NCBI GenBank assembly: GCA_964642725.1
Contig: CAZXQG010000005.1
Span: 16,597 to 80,596, forward strand
Direction: 5' to 3'
Source of the DNA: an uncultured Chitinophagaceae bacterium
GTDB taxonomy: Bacteria; Bacteroidota; Ignavibacteria; UBA10030; UBA8401
DNA length: 64,000 nucleotides
Shown here: positions 41,493 to 53,059 of the stretch, one piece after another
How the letters are laid out: every line of letters begins with the position of its first letter
Position numbering within the stretch: position 1 is the first letter of the stretch
The notes under the pieces: model-generated
What the model was told of the DNA's origin: nothing
The model's database searches: none
What the model saw: only the letters and a program-made list of their open reading frames with translations
Program-made: the position numbers and the translations under genes

Positions 41493-42266
41493 ATGTCAGA
41501 AGTAGTTCTTCAAGCAGAAGTTCGCTCGCACGTCGGGAAACATATAAAGGCACTGCGACGCTCCGGGAAAATTCCGGGTGAATACTATTCGCGCGGTGAA
41601 AAGAACATTCACCTTGCGGCGACTCCGCTTGGATTGAAGCCGCTCATCTACACTTCAGAAGCTCACATTGTAAGCCTGAAGCTTGACAACGGTGAATCAA
41701 AGACGTGCGTGCTTCGCAACGTTCAGTTCGACCCCGTATCAGAATTACCAATCCACTTCGACCTGCAGGGCGTTCGCGCAGACGAAGAATTAACCATCGA
41801 GGTGCCTGTGATGCTCAACGGCACGCCGAAAGGCGTCAAAGACGGCGGGACCGTTCAGCATGTGATGCACCGACTCAAAGTATCCTGCTTACCGAAATTC
41901 ATTCCCGATCATATTGAAGTAAATATTGCGGAACTTGGAATTAATCAGTCCATCCACATTCGCGATATTAAGGTCGACAATGTCAAGATTCTCGAAAGCG
42001 AATCCAGTACGATTGTCGCAGTTGTTCCTCCGACCATCTTGAAAGAGGAAACACCTGCCGACGCGGCTGCTGCAACTGCCATTGCCGAACCCGAAGTTAT
42101 TGCTAAGGGCAAGAAGCCAGAAGAGGGTGAAGAAGGCGCGGAAGGTGCACCTGCCGGAGCAAAAGCGGCGGCACCGGGTGCAAAGGCGGCTCCAGCGGGC
42201 AAAGCGGCAGCACCCGCAGCAAAAGCTGCCCCGGCAGCTCCCTCTAAGAAGGAAGAAAAGAAATAG
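41493..42266 (+). CDS. rplY: 50S ribosomal protein L25/general stress protein Ctc with Ala/Pro/Lys-rich C-terminal tail
   Basis: Ctc-type L25 N- and C-terminal beta domains, then a ~60-aa low-complexity AKAAPAG tail. Confidence 0.8.
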   Translation: MSEVVLQAEVRSHVGKHIKALRRSGKIPGEYYSRGEKNIHLAATPLGLKPLIYTSEAHIVSLKLDNGESKTCVLRNVQFDPVSELPIHFDLQGVRADEELTIEVPVMLNGTPKGVKDGGTVQHVMHRLKVSCLPKFIPDHIEVNIAELGINQSIHIRDIKVDNVKILESESSTIVAVVPPTILKEETPADAAAATAIAEPEVIAKGKKPEEGEEGAEGAPAGAKAAAPGAKAAPAGKAAAPAAKAAPAAPSKKEEKK

Positions 42267-42336
42267 TTTTGCGTTCGGTAGAAATATTTTTAATCTCTGT
42301 TCTTTGAAACGTTTTTCTTAATCAGCATCTCCCTCA

Positions 42337-42978
42337 TTGCAGAATTTCCTTGACGAAGAAGCAGATTCAGAGAAAATAGCATGCGTTGTCGGATTGGGAA
42401 ACCCCGGCAAGCGGTATGGTCTGACGAGACACAACGTCGGCTTCAATGTTGTGTCGTCGCTTTCGCGCTCGCTACGGTCGCCCATGATAGAAGGCAACGG
42501 GGAATTCTTTTTTTCTGAGTGTGCAATCGAAAGCCGGCGCTTTCTTCTGGCGACTCCGTCGACGTACATGAACGAAAGCGGAATGGCCGTCCTTCAACTG
42601 ATGGACCAATTCAATGTCGCGGCTTCGGACCTGCTGATCATCGTCGACGATTTTCAACTGCCGCTTGGGACTTTAAGAATTAGGGAAAACGGAAGCGACG
42701 GCGGACACAACGGACTCGGCTCTGTCATTTACCATCTGCAAACGGATAATATTCCGCGATTGCGTTTGGGCATCGAAGGTCCGACATGTCCAACGGAAGA
42801 TAGAAAGGAGTTAATGGCTGCCTACGTGCTTTCTCCATTTGATAAGGAAGAAATCCAGCGCTCTGAAATGATGATTACGCATGCATGCGACGCCGTGCTC
42901 GCTCTGGTTCTTCACGGAATTGAATTCGCTATGAACAATTTCAATAGATCGTTCTTAGACGATGACATGACAGTGTAA
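42337..42978 (+). CDS. pth: Peptidyl-tRNA hydrolase
   Basis: VGLGNPG…TRHNVGF…NGHNGL blocks. The ORF begins at a TTG start (the first ATG at 42381 is out of frame); the exact start is uncertain. Confidence 0.8.
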   Translation: MQNFLDEEADSEKIACVVGLGNPGKRYGLTRHNVGFNVVSSLSRSLRSPMIEGNGEFFFSECAIESRRFLLATPSTYMNESGMAVLQLMDQFNVAASDLLIIVDDFQLPLGTLRIRENGSDGGHNGLGSVIYHLQTDNIPRLRLGIEGPTCPTEDRKELMAAYVLSPFDKEEIQRSEMMITHACDAVLALVLHGIEFAMNNFNRSFLDDDMTV

Positions 42979-43136
42979 ATAAGTTTTAAGTATTAAGTTC
43001 TAAGTTTTACGCTATAAGTTTTGTTTATTTATCCATGTAATTGGTCGTAAATTTTTAACTTTTAATCTAAACTCAACACCCTGTTCCATCATAAAAGAGA
43101 TGGAGCCATCATTACACGTCCATAGGAGACATATCG

Positions 43137-43520
43137 TTGGAAAAAGAACACAAGATTTACGAGACGACATTTATCGTCAATGCGGCGCTTGATGACGCCC
43201 AGATTGACGCCGTCATCGAAAAAGTCAAAGAAGTCATCGTGAAAAACGGCGGCGAGGTCCGCTCGCTGGAAAAATGGGGCCGCAAACGCCTCGCCTATAC
43301 GGTCGACAAAAAAAACAACGGGTTCTACGCTTTCTTTGAATTCAAAGGTCCCGGCGACCTCATCGCCAAAATGGACCGGCATTATCAATTGGATGAGCAA
43401 ATTATCCGCTATTTGACGATCCAATTGGACAAGAAAGCGCTGAAAGCAAAAGAAATCGCCACTGCGCTCCTAAAAAGTCAAGCGGCGGCAGCACCCGGCG
43501 TCGGAGATGTAGTCGCTTAA
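43137..43520 (+). CDS. rpsF: 30S ribosomal protein S6
   Basis: YETTFIV…GRKRLAY; TTG start. Confidence 0.85.
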   Translation: MEKEHKIYETTFIVNAALDDAQIDAVIEKVKEVIVKNGGEVRSLEKWGRKRLAYTVDKKNNGFYAFFEFKGPGDLIAKMDRHYQLDEQIIRYLTIQLDKKALKAKEIATALLKSQAAAAPGVGDVVA

Positions 43521-43591
43521 CTTATCATAAAGTGGACAATTTCACCAAACTTTTTCGAAACCAGCAATAGAATTTAAAAGGAGAATTCACC

Positions 43592-43876
43592 GTGTTCCAT
43601 CAAAGTCAAAATCGGCGAGGAGGCGACGACCGGCGGGAAAAGCGCGACTCGAATGCAATTCGAAAAAAACGCACATGCCGTTTCTGCGACTCGAAAGAAA
43701 TCTACATCGATTACAAGGACGAAAAAAAATTGTACCGTTTCGTCACCGAGCAAGGGAAAATAATTCCCAAGCGTATTACCGGTTCGTGCGCCAAACACCA
43801 GCGCCAATTGGTGAAGGCGATCAAGCGAGCACGGCATCTTGCGCTGCTCCCCTTTGTGTCCGACGCCATTAAATAA
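43592..43876 (+). CDS. rpsR: 30S ribosomal protein S18
   Basis: CRFC…IDYKD…RITG; GTG start. Confidence 0.85.
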   Translation: MFHQSQNRRGGDDRREKRDSNAIRKKRTCRFCDSKEIYIDYKDEKKLYRFVTEQGKIIPKRITGSCAKHQRQLVKAIKRARHLALLPFVSDAIK

Positions 43877-43906
43877 ATTGCACTCATTAAGAATGCTGGA
43901 GAAAGT

Positions 43907-44350
43907 ATGAAAGTCATTTTACGTCAGGATTATGAAAGCCTGGGAAAAATCGGCGAAGTCGTTGCAGTGAAGGACGGCTACGCGCGGAATTACCTTATTC
44001 CGAGGAGCATCGCGTACCGGGCAACGACAAGCAGCCTGCGCGCCCTGGAAGAAGAAAAGAAGCAACACGAACGGCAGGAACAAAAGCAGTTCAAGGAAGC
44101 GGAAAAACTCGGCGTTGAACTCGAAAAACTCTCCGTCACTATTCCGATGAAAGTCGGCGAGGATGACAAACTGTTCGGTTCCGTCACTTCCCAAATGATC
44201 GCCGATGCACTGAAGGAAAAGGGATTCACGGTAGACAAGCGGACGATCGAGCTTGAAGAGCCGATCAAAACCCTCGGCATATTCGAGGTCCCCGTGAAAC
44301 TTCATACTAAAGTCAGTGCAAAAGCAAAAGTGTGGGTTGTCCGGGAATGA
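43907..44350 (+). CDS. rplI: 50S ribosomal protein L9
   Basis: MKVILRQD…GYARNYLIP. Confidence 0.9.
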   Translation: MKVILRQDYESLGKIGEVVAVKDGYARNYLIPRSIAYRATTSSLRALEEEKKQHERQEQKQFKEAEKLGVELEKLSVTIPMKVGEDDKLFGSVTSQMIADALKEKGFTVDKRTIELEEPIKTLGIFEVPVKLHTKVSAKAKVWVVRE

Positions 44351-44372
44351 CCTGACAGTATCCCTTTTTTAT

Positions 44373-44410
44373 ACCTGACGTCACGAAAGAGACGGTCAGG
44401 TATTTTTTTT
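44373..44410 (+). terminator. Intrinsic terminator ending the rpsF-rpsR-rplI operon
   Basis: acctgac…gtcaggt stem followed by T8. Confidence 0.6.
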
Positions 44411-44439
44411 ATCACAAACACTAGAGTGAGGACTTGTTC

Positions 44440-45834
44440 ATGGCACATCAACAGCCGTTGTGGAGCGGAAGGTTTAAAGAGCCGCTGTCGGAAATAGCTC
44501 TCAAATTCTCTTCCTCTGTCGACCTCGATAAGCAGTTGTACCAGGAAGATATTGCCGGAAGTATCGCTCACGTCGAAATGCTTGCCGCGGTAAAAATTAT
44601 TTCACTGGAAGAATCGCGCCGCATTCGAACCGCATTGAGGGCGATTGCGAAAGAAATCGACTCAGGAAAACTCGAGCTTTCGTGGGAGAAAGAAGATGTT
44701 CATATGGCGATTGAACAGCGGCTCATTCAAAAAATCGGACCTATGGGAGGGAAACTTCATACTGGGCGCAGCAGGAACGATCAGGTTGCGTTGGACGAAC
44801 GGCTGCATCTCCGGGGCGCGATTCGCGAGATGCAGAAGCTCACTCTCCAGCTTCAACGAGTGCTGCTATTTAAAGCGGAGAAATATTTCGACACAATCAT
44901 GCCCGGGTATACGCATCTCCAACGGGCACAGCCGGTCTACCTCTCACATCACCTTCTCGCTTACACTTCAATGTTCGAACGGGACTTTGAGCGGTTGACG
45001 GACTGCTACAAACGACTGAACAAACTTCCTCTCGGCGCAGCGGCGTTGGCCGGCACATCCTTTCCAATAGACCGGGCCCTTGTGGCGCGGAAGCTCGGAT
45101 TCGACGGAGTGATTGAAAACAGCATGGATGCGGTCAGCGACCGCGATTATCTGATTGAGTTCATTTCCGTATGCAGCATCGTCATGACTCACCTTAGCAG
45201 GCTCGCGGAGGAGATCGTCCTTTGGAGCTCGCAGGAATTCAATTTTGCAAGAACTGACGACGCGTATACTACGGGGAGCAGTATTATGCCGCAGAAAAAA
45301 AATCCCGACATGGCGGAGCTTGTGCGCGGAAAAGCCGGCAGAGTGTACGGCGACTTAATGAATATTCTGACAATCATGAAAGGGCTTCCGCTCGCCTATA
45401 ACCGCGACATGCAGGAGGACAAGTTCCCGCTCTTCGATGCGGTCGCCACCACGCGTCAGTGTTTGTTCATTTTCTCGCACATTCTTATCCATACGAAGTT
45501 TGACAAGAACAGATTTGAAGAAGAATTAAAGAACGATTTTCTGACTGCGACCGAGATCGCCGATTATCTGGTAAAAAAGGGAACGACCTTCCGCGATGCT
45601 CATGCGATTACGGGAAACATTGTTGCTCATGCTATCGAACACAAAAAAAGCCTTGCACATCTAACGTTGTCCGAGTTGAAACGCTTCTCTCCCCTGCTTG
45701 AAGAGGACATGTTCGATCTGCTTGACCCGCATAAGAGTATCGAGCACAAAAAGTCGGCAGGAAGCACGTCTTCCCAGGAAGTAAAGAAGCAAATCATACA
45801 TTGGTCGCGTGTGCTGAGGGGGAGAAAATTGTAG
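44440..45834 (+). CDS. argH: Argininosuccinate lyase
   Basis: Fumarate-lyase signature GSSIMPQKKNPD; LWSGRF N-terminus. Confidence 0.9.
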   Translation: MAHQQPLWSGRFKEPLSEIALKFSSSVDLDKQLYQEDIAGSIAHVEMLAAVKIISLEESRRIRTALRAIAKEIDSGKLELSWEKEDVHMAIEQRLIQKIGPMGGKLHTGRSRNDQVALDERLHLRGAIREMQKLTLQLQRVLLFKAEKYFDTIMPGYTHLQRAQPVYLSHHLLAYTSMFERDFERLTDCYKRLNKLPLGAAALAGTSFPIDRALVARKLGFDGVIENSMDAVSDRDYLIEFISVCSIVMTHLSRLAEEIVLWSSQEFNFARTDDAYTTGSSIMPQKKNPDMAELVRGKAGRVYGDLMNILTIMKGLPLAYNRDMQEDKFPLFDAVATTRQCLFIFSHILIHTKFDKNRFEEELKNDFLTATEIADYLVKKGTTFRDAHAITGNIVAHAIEHKKSLAHLTLSELKRFSPLLEEDMFDLLDPHKSIEHKKSAGSTSSQEVKKQIIHWSRVLRGRKL

Positions 45835-45859
45835 GAGCTGTGAAGCGCTCGGATTTTAG

Positions 45860-47515
45860 CTATCGGGCTTCTTTCAACGATTTCAACCGCACAGCCTCAA
45901 ACTCATCCCCCTTGTTCCATTGAGGCATCGTTCCCCGGTTGGCAAGAAGATAGGCAAGGTGGAAATAAAATTTTGCCTGCTGAATCGTCCCTTCGTACGT
46001 CCAATCGCTTCGAATCTCGTCGCTCGGCTGGTGATAATTATAGGCGTTGTATTCTTCAGCCATTTTCATTCCCCAACCTGCGGGTTTTCCTACATAATCA
46101 ATTCCGGGGTCAAAGTAGGCCGTAGGAACGCCGACTGCGGCAAAGCTGAACTGGTCTGACCTGTAGAACATCCCCTGTTCCGGAAATTGATCGGGTTTGA
46201 CAATAAAATTCGCCACCGCTGCTGCCATATTCACTGCTTCATCGATTGTCGTCCGTCCCCTCCCTATCATCGAAATATCCCGCGTCTCGCCAAACATGTT
46301 CACACCATCCATGTTGATATCGGCGGCGATCTTTCCGAGAGGAAATGTTGGATGAGCAGCATAGTATTCCGATCCAAGCGTGCCGGCTTCTTCTCCTCCC
46401 ACCAGCAAAAACAACACTGATCTTTTCGGCCGTTGTGCGAGATGTGTGAAACCCTGTGCGAGGGTCAACACCATGCTTACGCCGGATGCGTTATCGACAG
46501 CGCCGTTGTCAATAGAATCTCCGTTCACCGGTTGAACAATCCCTAGATGGTCGAAATGAGCCGTGAAAATTACCACTTCATGCGATAGAGCCGAGTCGCT
46601 TCCGCGCAACAAACCGGCAACGTTGGCAGTCATCATTTTCCTGATCGTGTTATGAATATGCACCGAAACATTTGTGCAAAGCGAAATCGGTTTAAATTTT
46701 CTTGACCTCGCCGCTTTCATCAATGCTTCGAGATCTTTTCCTGACATTGCTGTTAAGCGTTTGCTGGCGCTTGCAGATAGCCACGATTCCAACTTTATCG
46801 GTTCCTCTTTGGAGCCGGCGAGCGAAAAGTTTTCTCCGGTCCATGACGTTTGGACCACTTGGAAAGGATAACCGGCAGATTCAGTGGTATGAATGATGAT
46901 AGCACCTGCCGCCCTTTTCCGGGCTGCGATTTCATACTTGTATGTCCATCTGCCGTAATACGTCCTCGCCTTGCCGCCAAAAAATTTTGGGTCGCTCCCG
47001 GGAGGATCGTCGTTCATCATCAACAAAACTTTTCCTGCCACGTCAACACCTTTATAGTCGTCCCAATTTTGTTCCGGCGCGACAATGCCGTATCCGACGA
47101 AAACAACTTCTGCATTGTTGATGTCAACATTTTCATCAGGCGTGCCTGAAAAACCGACGAATTCCTCCCGAAACTTAAAGTGCTCTTCTTTTACGCCGCA
47201 TCGGGCGACAAAATCCATCGTCGGATCGGCCGTCGTTCCGATAATAGGGAATCGCTGAAGGTAAGTTCCATTCTCGCCCCCCGGTTCGAGGCCGAGAAGC
47301 TGAAGCTGGGAGAGAAGATATTTTTGCGTTACCGCGTCGCCGCGAGTCGCGGGCGCACGTCCTTCCAACAAATCGCTGGCTAAGAATTTTAGGTGACTCT
47401 GAAAAACGTGCGCATTGATCGCGGTGAAGGCCTGTCTCTCATCATCCGTCATTTGAGCATGGAGAAAAGCGATAAAGATCATCGAACAGGAGACGACAAA
47501 AACGGTTTTTTTCAT
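45860..47515 (-). CDS. Secreted M28-family Zn aminopeptidase with PA domain
   Basis: Signal peptide. M28 metal-ligand blocks (HFDHLG, NGAVDNASG, GGEEAGTLGS). Confidence 0.65.
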   Translation of the reverse strand: MKKTVFVVSCSMIFIAFLHAQMTDDERQAFTAINAHVFQSHLKFLASDLLEGRAPATRGDAVTQKYLLSQLQLLGLEPGGENGTYLQRFPIIGTTADPTMDFVARCGVKEEHFKFREEFVGFSGTPDENVDINNAEVVFVGYGIVAPEQNWDDYKGVDVAGKVLLMMNDDPPGSDPKFFGGKARTYYGRWTYKYEIAARKRAAGAIIIHTTESAGYPFQVVQTSWTGENFSLAGSKEEPIKLESWLSASASKRLTAMSGKDLEALMKAARSRKFKPISLCTNVSVHIHNTIRKMMTANVAGLLRGSDSALSHEVVIFTAHFDHLGIVQPVNGDSIDNGAVDNASGVSMVLTLAQGFTHLAQRPKRSVLFLLVGGEEAGTLGSEYYAAHPTFPLGKIAADINMDGVNMFGETRDISMIGRGRTTIDEAVNMAAAVANFIVKPDQFPEQGMFYRSDQFSFAAVGVPTAYFDPGIDYVGKPAGWGMKMAEEYNAYNYHQPSDEIRSDWTYEGTIQQAKFYFHLAYLLANRGTMPQWNKGDEFEAVRLKSLKEAR

Positions 47516-47552
47516 AATCTCTTCCTTCAGATGGAGCTTCTGGGCATCAGCA

Positions 47553-47981
47553 CTACTTTGCGCCTGCATTCAATTGCAATAAGGCAATGAATGTCAGCGC
47601 CATTGCGAATAAACTAAATGCCGCAGCAAAAGGAAAAAAGAAAACCAACTCATTGATGCCCCACAGTAAAAGGGTCGCCGAAATTGTGATAAGAATGTTC
47701 TTCGCGAGGCTCGGATTTTGGGCTGCAGAACCAGAAACGATCCATAGAATAACAGAGATCAATAATATTGCTAATGCTGACGCGTATCCATATCCATCGT
47801 AATAGTCGCCCATGCTTCTCATTGCACCCATAAACGGAAACCTGTGCTCGGTCATTTGTTCGATGACCTGCTGTTTTTCCAGCTCAGCTGTCTGTTTCCA
47901 CGTCAGGCTTCCGATCATGTGTCCGACATCATGGAGAATCATAACTATGGAAGCAACTCTCAGCAAAATTTTCGGCTTCAT
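47553..47981 (-). CDS. Hypothetical small membrane protein (4 TM)
   Basis: Hydrophobic segments only; no recognisable family. Confidence 0.35.
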   Translation of the reverse strand: MKPKILLRVASIVMILHDVGHMIGSLTWKQTAELEKQQVIEQMTEHRFPFMGAMRSMGDYYDGYGYASALAILLISVILWIVSGSAAQNPSLAKNILITISATLLLWGINELVFFFPFAAAFSLFAMALTFIALLQLNAGAK

Positions 47982-48051
47982 AAATATTCCCTCTGTTCTT
48001 GATAGACACAACCGCCGACTCAAATGAATATGTCATAGCTATTTCAATTGC

Positions 48052-49260
48052 TTAGCAGAGAATCTTTACAATGTCTTGTTGAATGGGTTCCCCGGGTATG
48101 ATGATCTTCTTTTCTTTAGAAATGTACACGTCAATTTCCAAACGTACGCCAAATTCACCCGGTAGGTAAATTCCGGGTTCGATAGAAAAACATGTTTCAG
48201 GAATAATCTCGCGACGGTCATGGGTCTCCAGGTTGTCGATGTTGGCGCCGTTCCCATGGACTTCTGTTCCGATATTGTGCCCCGTGCGGTGAATAAAATA
48301 TTCGCCATATCCGTTGCCGGCGATAAATTTGCGGGTAATATCATCCACGTCGCATCCCCGTACTTTGCGCCCGCCGGCGAATTCTTTCTTCAAATAATCC
48401 ACTGCCGCATCACGCGCTCCTTTGACGATTTCAAAAACTTTTTGATATTTGGCGGGGATATTCTCTCCGGCATATGCTACCCAAGTAATATCAGAATAAA
48501 CACTCTCTGGCTTGTCCTTCTTCGCCCAGAGATCGATCAAAACATAATCTCCTTTTTTTACTTCCGAAAAAATCTCTTTTGCCGGTTCATAGTGAGGATT
48601 TGCTGCGTTCGCGTTCACCGAGCAATTTGGAGCATCGTCGATAACGAGATTGTTCTCTTTGAAGTATTCGACCATTCGCTGCTGCACGTCGTACTCCGTC
48701 ACTTTTTGTCCAGCGCGCAATCTCTCGCCGATGAATCCGAATGCGACATCGACCGTCTTTCGCAATACTTTTGACGTTTCAAACTGATCGTTCCGCTGTT
48801 CATCCGTCCAGCGGGCTTCAAAATATTGAACGATATCTGCGGATGAAACGACTTCGACCCCGAACGAACGGATAAGCTCTACCGTCCCCGCATCGACTTT
48901 TGAAACATACGGGATATCATTGTTCGGAGAATATTCCATCGCAACCGATTTCATTCCGCGAAGAGTTCCCTTGAGGGCTTCCTGGAGCGATTGCCAGCTA
49001 ACATAGACTGTTTTGTTGCCGGGGAGATGGTCGAGATTGTATTGTTCAATGCCATGAACAAGTTTCTGCGGCGTGCCTTGTGCAGGGATGAAGTAGAAAT
49101 ATCGCCGCATTTGCGTGAGGTGCGACGGGAGTTCCAGTAATTTCGAAGCAAAAATATTGGATTGCCTGAAATTATATAACAGCCATCCATCTAGGTTGTA
49201 GGTTTTAAGCGTTGTCTGAATCGCTGAAATTCTTTGAATTAATTCGCCAGCTTTTGACAT
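48052..49260 (-). CDS. M24-family metallopeptidase (Xaa-Pro aminopeptidase/creatinase fold)
   Basis: Pita-bread metal ligands (HRTGHNIG, E…E). Includes the N-terminal creatinase/prolidase domain. Confidence 0.65.
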   Translation of the reverse strand: MSKAGELIQRISAIQTTLKTYNLDGWLLYNFRQSNIFASKLLELPSHLTQMRRYFYFIPAQGTPQKLVHGIEQYNLDHLPGNKTVYVSWQSLQEALKGTLRGMKSVAMEYSPNNDIPYVSKVDAGTVELIRSFGVEVVSSADIVQYFEARWTDEQRNDQFETSKVLRKTVDVAFGFIGERLRAGQKVTEYDVQQRMVEYFKENNLVIDDAPNCSVNANAANPHYEPAKEIFSEVKKGDYVLIDLWAKKDKPESVYSDITWVAYAGENIPAKYQKVFEIVKGARDAAVDYLKKEFAGGRKVRGCDVDDITRKFIAGNGYGEYFIHRTGHNIGTEVHGNGANIDNLETHDRREIIPETCFSIEPGIYLPGEFGVRLEIDVYISKEKKIIIPGEPIQQDIVKILC

Positions 49261-49399
49261 GGAATGTGTCCTCTGCTAATGTCGGGAAATGTCGTTGCCT
49301 GCTACATGTCCGCCAATATAAATAATTCTTACTCAAATAAAAATCCCCGAACGCGTTTTCGCATTCGGGGACTTTGTATTCTGCTTGCTGCAATGCTTC

Positions 49400-51073
<1,674 letters not shown>

Positions 51074-51077
51074 TCAA

Positions 51078-51368
51078 TTACTTAGGCATGATCGCGAAAA
51101 CGTCGCTCTCACGCATGATAAGGACTTCTTCCCCGTCGACCGTAACCTCTGTTCCAGAGTATTTTCCATAAAGAACTTTGTCGCCCACTTTCACTTCCAT
51201 CGGAACTTTCTTCCCTTCCTCTGTAAGTTTCCCGGGTCCTGCAGCCACCACCTCGCCCCATACCGGTTTCTCTTTGGCAGTATCCGGAAGGATAATTCCG
51301 CCTTTTGTTTTTTCTTCAGCCTCGGCAGGCTTTACAACAATTCTGTCAGCCAAAGGATGTAATTTCAT
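51078..51368 (-). CDS. groS: Co-chaperonin GroES
   Basis: 96 aa, classic GroES. Confidence 0.95.
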   Translation of the reverse strand: MKLHPLADRIVVKPAEAEEKTKGGIILPDTAKEKPVWGEVVAAGPGKLTEEGKKVPMEVKVGDKVLYGKYSGTEVTVDGEEVLIMRESDVFAIMPK

Positions 51369-51440
51369 ACAAGTCTCCTTAACTTTAGGTTGATACCGTG
51401 TAACTATGTTATTTTATGTAATTTAGAGCGTCAAGATCTA

Positions 51441-51467
51441 TTAGCACTCATCACCTATGAGTGCTAA
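51441..51467. promoter_or_regulatory. CIRCE operator (HrcA binding site) TTAGCACTC-N9-GAGTGCTAA
   Basis: Perfect consensus inverted repeat with a 9-nt spacer, upstream of groES. Confidence 0.9.
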
Positions 51468-51494
51468 TATACATACGATTGTTGGGAATGTCAA
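51466..51494 (-). promoter_or_regulatory. Sigma70 promoter of groESL (TTGACA-17-TATATT), overlapping CIRCE
   Basis: Read on the minus strand: cTTGACAttcccaacaatcgtatgTATATTagcactc. Confidence 0.6.
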
Positions 51495-51504
51495 GCCTCT
51501 GAGG

Positions 51505-52194
51505 TCAGATTTTGGTCCCGGAAACGATCAGGACGAATTCCCCCTTAATTTGGCGGGACGAGAGCACTTGCCGGATAGAAGATAGTCTCCCTCGAAGGAT
51601 CTCTTCAAATTTTTTTGTCATTTCACGACCGATGACGGCTTCCCGGTCGCCAAAACTATTTTGAAGATCTTCAAGAGTTTTAAGGATGCGGTGTGGAGAT
51701 TCGTAGAAGATAATTGTCCGGGGCTCATCTTTCAATTGTGATAATTTTGTTAAACGCCCTTTCTTGTGCGGAAGAAATCCTTCGAAAACAAACGACTGGG
51801 TCGGCATTCCGCTCGCAACAAGTACCGGAACAAAGGCTGTCGGGCCCGGAAGCGGGACAACCGGCAGCTCGTTCCGAATGCAGGCTTGAATAATCGAGTA
51901 CGCGGGGTCTGAAATCCCAGGCGTCCCTGCATCAGAAACGAGAGCGACAGCCAAACCTTCTTTCAGCTTTTCAATTATTTGTGGAACACGAATCGTCTCG
52001 TTATGGCTGAAAAAGCTAAGAAGCGGTTTTTGGATTTGGAGATGATCGAGTAGAACTTTTGTCGTGCGCGTGTCTTCCGCCGCAATCACATCAACTGCCG
52101 ACAGAATTTTCACCGCTCGATAGGTGATATCGTCAAGGTTGCCAATCGGAGTTGGAACAATGTACAGCGTTCCTGGGCGAATTTCTTCCGGCAT
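51505..52194 (-). CDS. rsmI: 16S rRNA (cytidine1402-2'-O)-methyltransferase
   Basis: TP-methylase (tetrapyrrole methylase fold) blocks LYIVPTPIGNLDD, AAEDTR. Confidence 0.8.
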   Translation of the reverse strand: MPEEIRPGTLYIVPTPIGNLDDITYRAVKILSAVDVIAAEDTRTTKVLLDHLQIQKPLLSFFSHNETIRVPQIIEKLKEGLAVALVSDAGTPGISDPAYSIIQACIRNELPVVPLPGPTAFVPVLVASGMPTQSFVFEGFLPHKKGRLTKLSQLKDEPRTIIFYESPHRILKTLEDLQNSFGDREAVIGREMTKKFEEILRGRLSSIRQVLSSRQIKGEFVLIVSGTKI

Positions 52195-52198
52195 CGGC

Positions 52199-53047
52199 CT
52201 ATATACCCCAATCGCGAACGTAACGGAAATCTACGTTGACAGTCCGTTGTGATATCTTTGCCACGACCGGCGGCCGTCGCTTGAATTGGTTTTGTTTCAC
52301 GCGCTTCTTGATTTTGGCAATAAACTTTTTCTCAAACCCCAACGCCGCCAGTTCATCATCCCTGCGGCGCTCATCAATCATGTAGTACAACAGCCGGTCG
52401 ACATCGCTGTACAAAAAACCGAGCTCGCCTTCATCCGTCTGGTCCTGCCATAGATCCGCCGTCGGCTTCTTTTCAATAATCTTGCGAGGAACACCTAGAG
52501 CTTGCGCCAGCTGCCATACCTGCGTTTTAAAAAGGTCGCCGAGCGGGTTCACCGCGCATGCCATGTCGCCAAACAATGTGCCGTACCCCAGCATCGTTTC
52601 TGTCTTGTTCGACGTTCCTACAACGAGCGCGTTGTGATGAAGGGATCGATCATAGAGAATGATCATTCGCATCCGCGCCATAATGTTGCCGCGACGGACG
52701 TTGTCTTTGATATGCTGAGATGTAATAAACGGATCAACCATCGGAGTAATATCGACAATTTCCGAATGGACCTTCAGTTCCTTCACAACCGACTCAGCAT
52801 CGGATTTGCTTTCCGGGCTGCTCGACGAATACGGCATCAAGACAACAAACACATTTTCTTTCCCCAATGCTTCCGCAGAAAGATAAGCGGAAACGGCAGA
52901 ATCCACTCCCCCGGACAATCCGATCACCGCCTTTGTAAATCCGGCATTATGAATCTGGTCACGGACAAAATCAACCAGCATTTTACGCACAAATACTGGA
53001 TTAAGAAGCAGCTCATTACCGGAAATGGTTCTAGTCGTAGTTTCCAT
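52199..53047 (-). CDS. nadE: NH3-dependent NAD+ synthetase
   Basis: PP-loop SGGVDS. Confidence 0.85.
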   Translation of the reverse strand: METTTRTISGNELLLNPVFVRKMLVDFVRDQIHNAGFTKAVIGLSGGVDSAVSAYLSAEALGKENVFVVLMPYSSSSPESKSDAESVVKELKVHSEIVDITPMVDPFITSQHIKDNVRRGNIMARMRMIILYDRSLHHNALVVGTSNKTETMLGYGTLFGDMACAVNPLGDLFKTQVWQLAQALGVPRKIIEKKPTADLWQDQTDEGELGFLYSDVDRLLYYMIDERRRDDELAALGFEKKFIAKIKKRVKQNQFKRRPPVVAKISQRTVNVDFRYVRDWGI

Positions 53048-53059
53048 AGTTTTCTGTTT

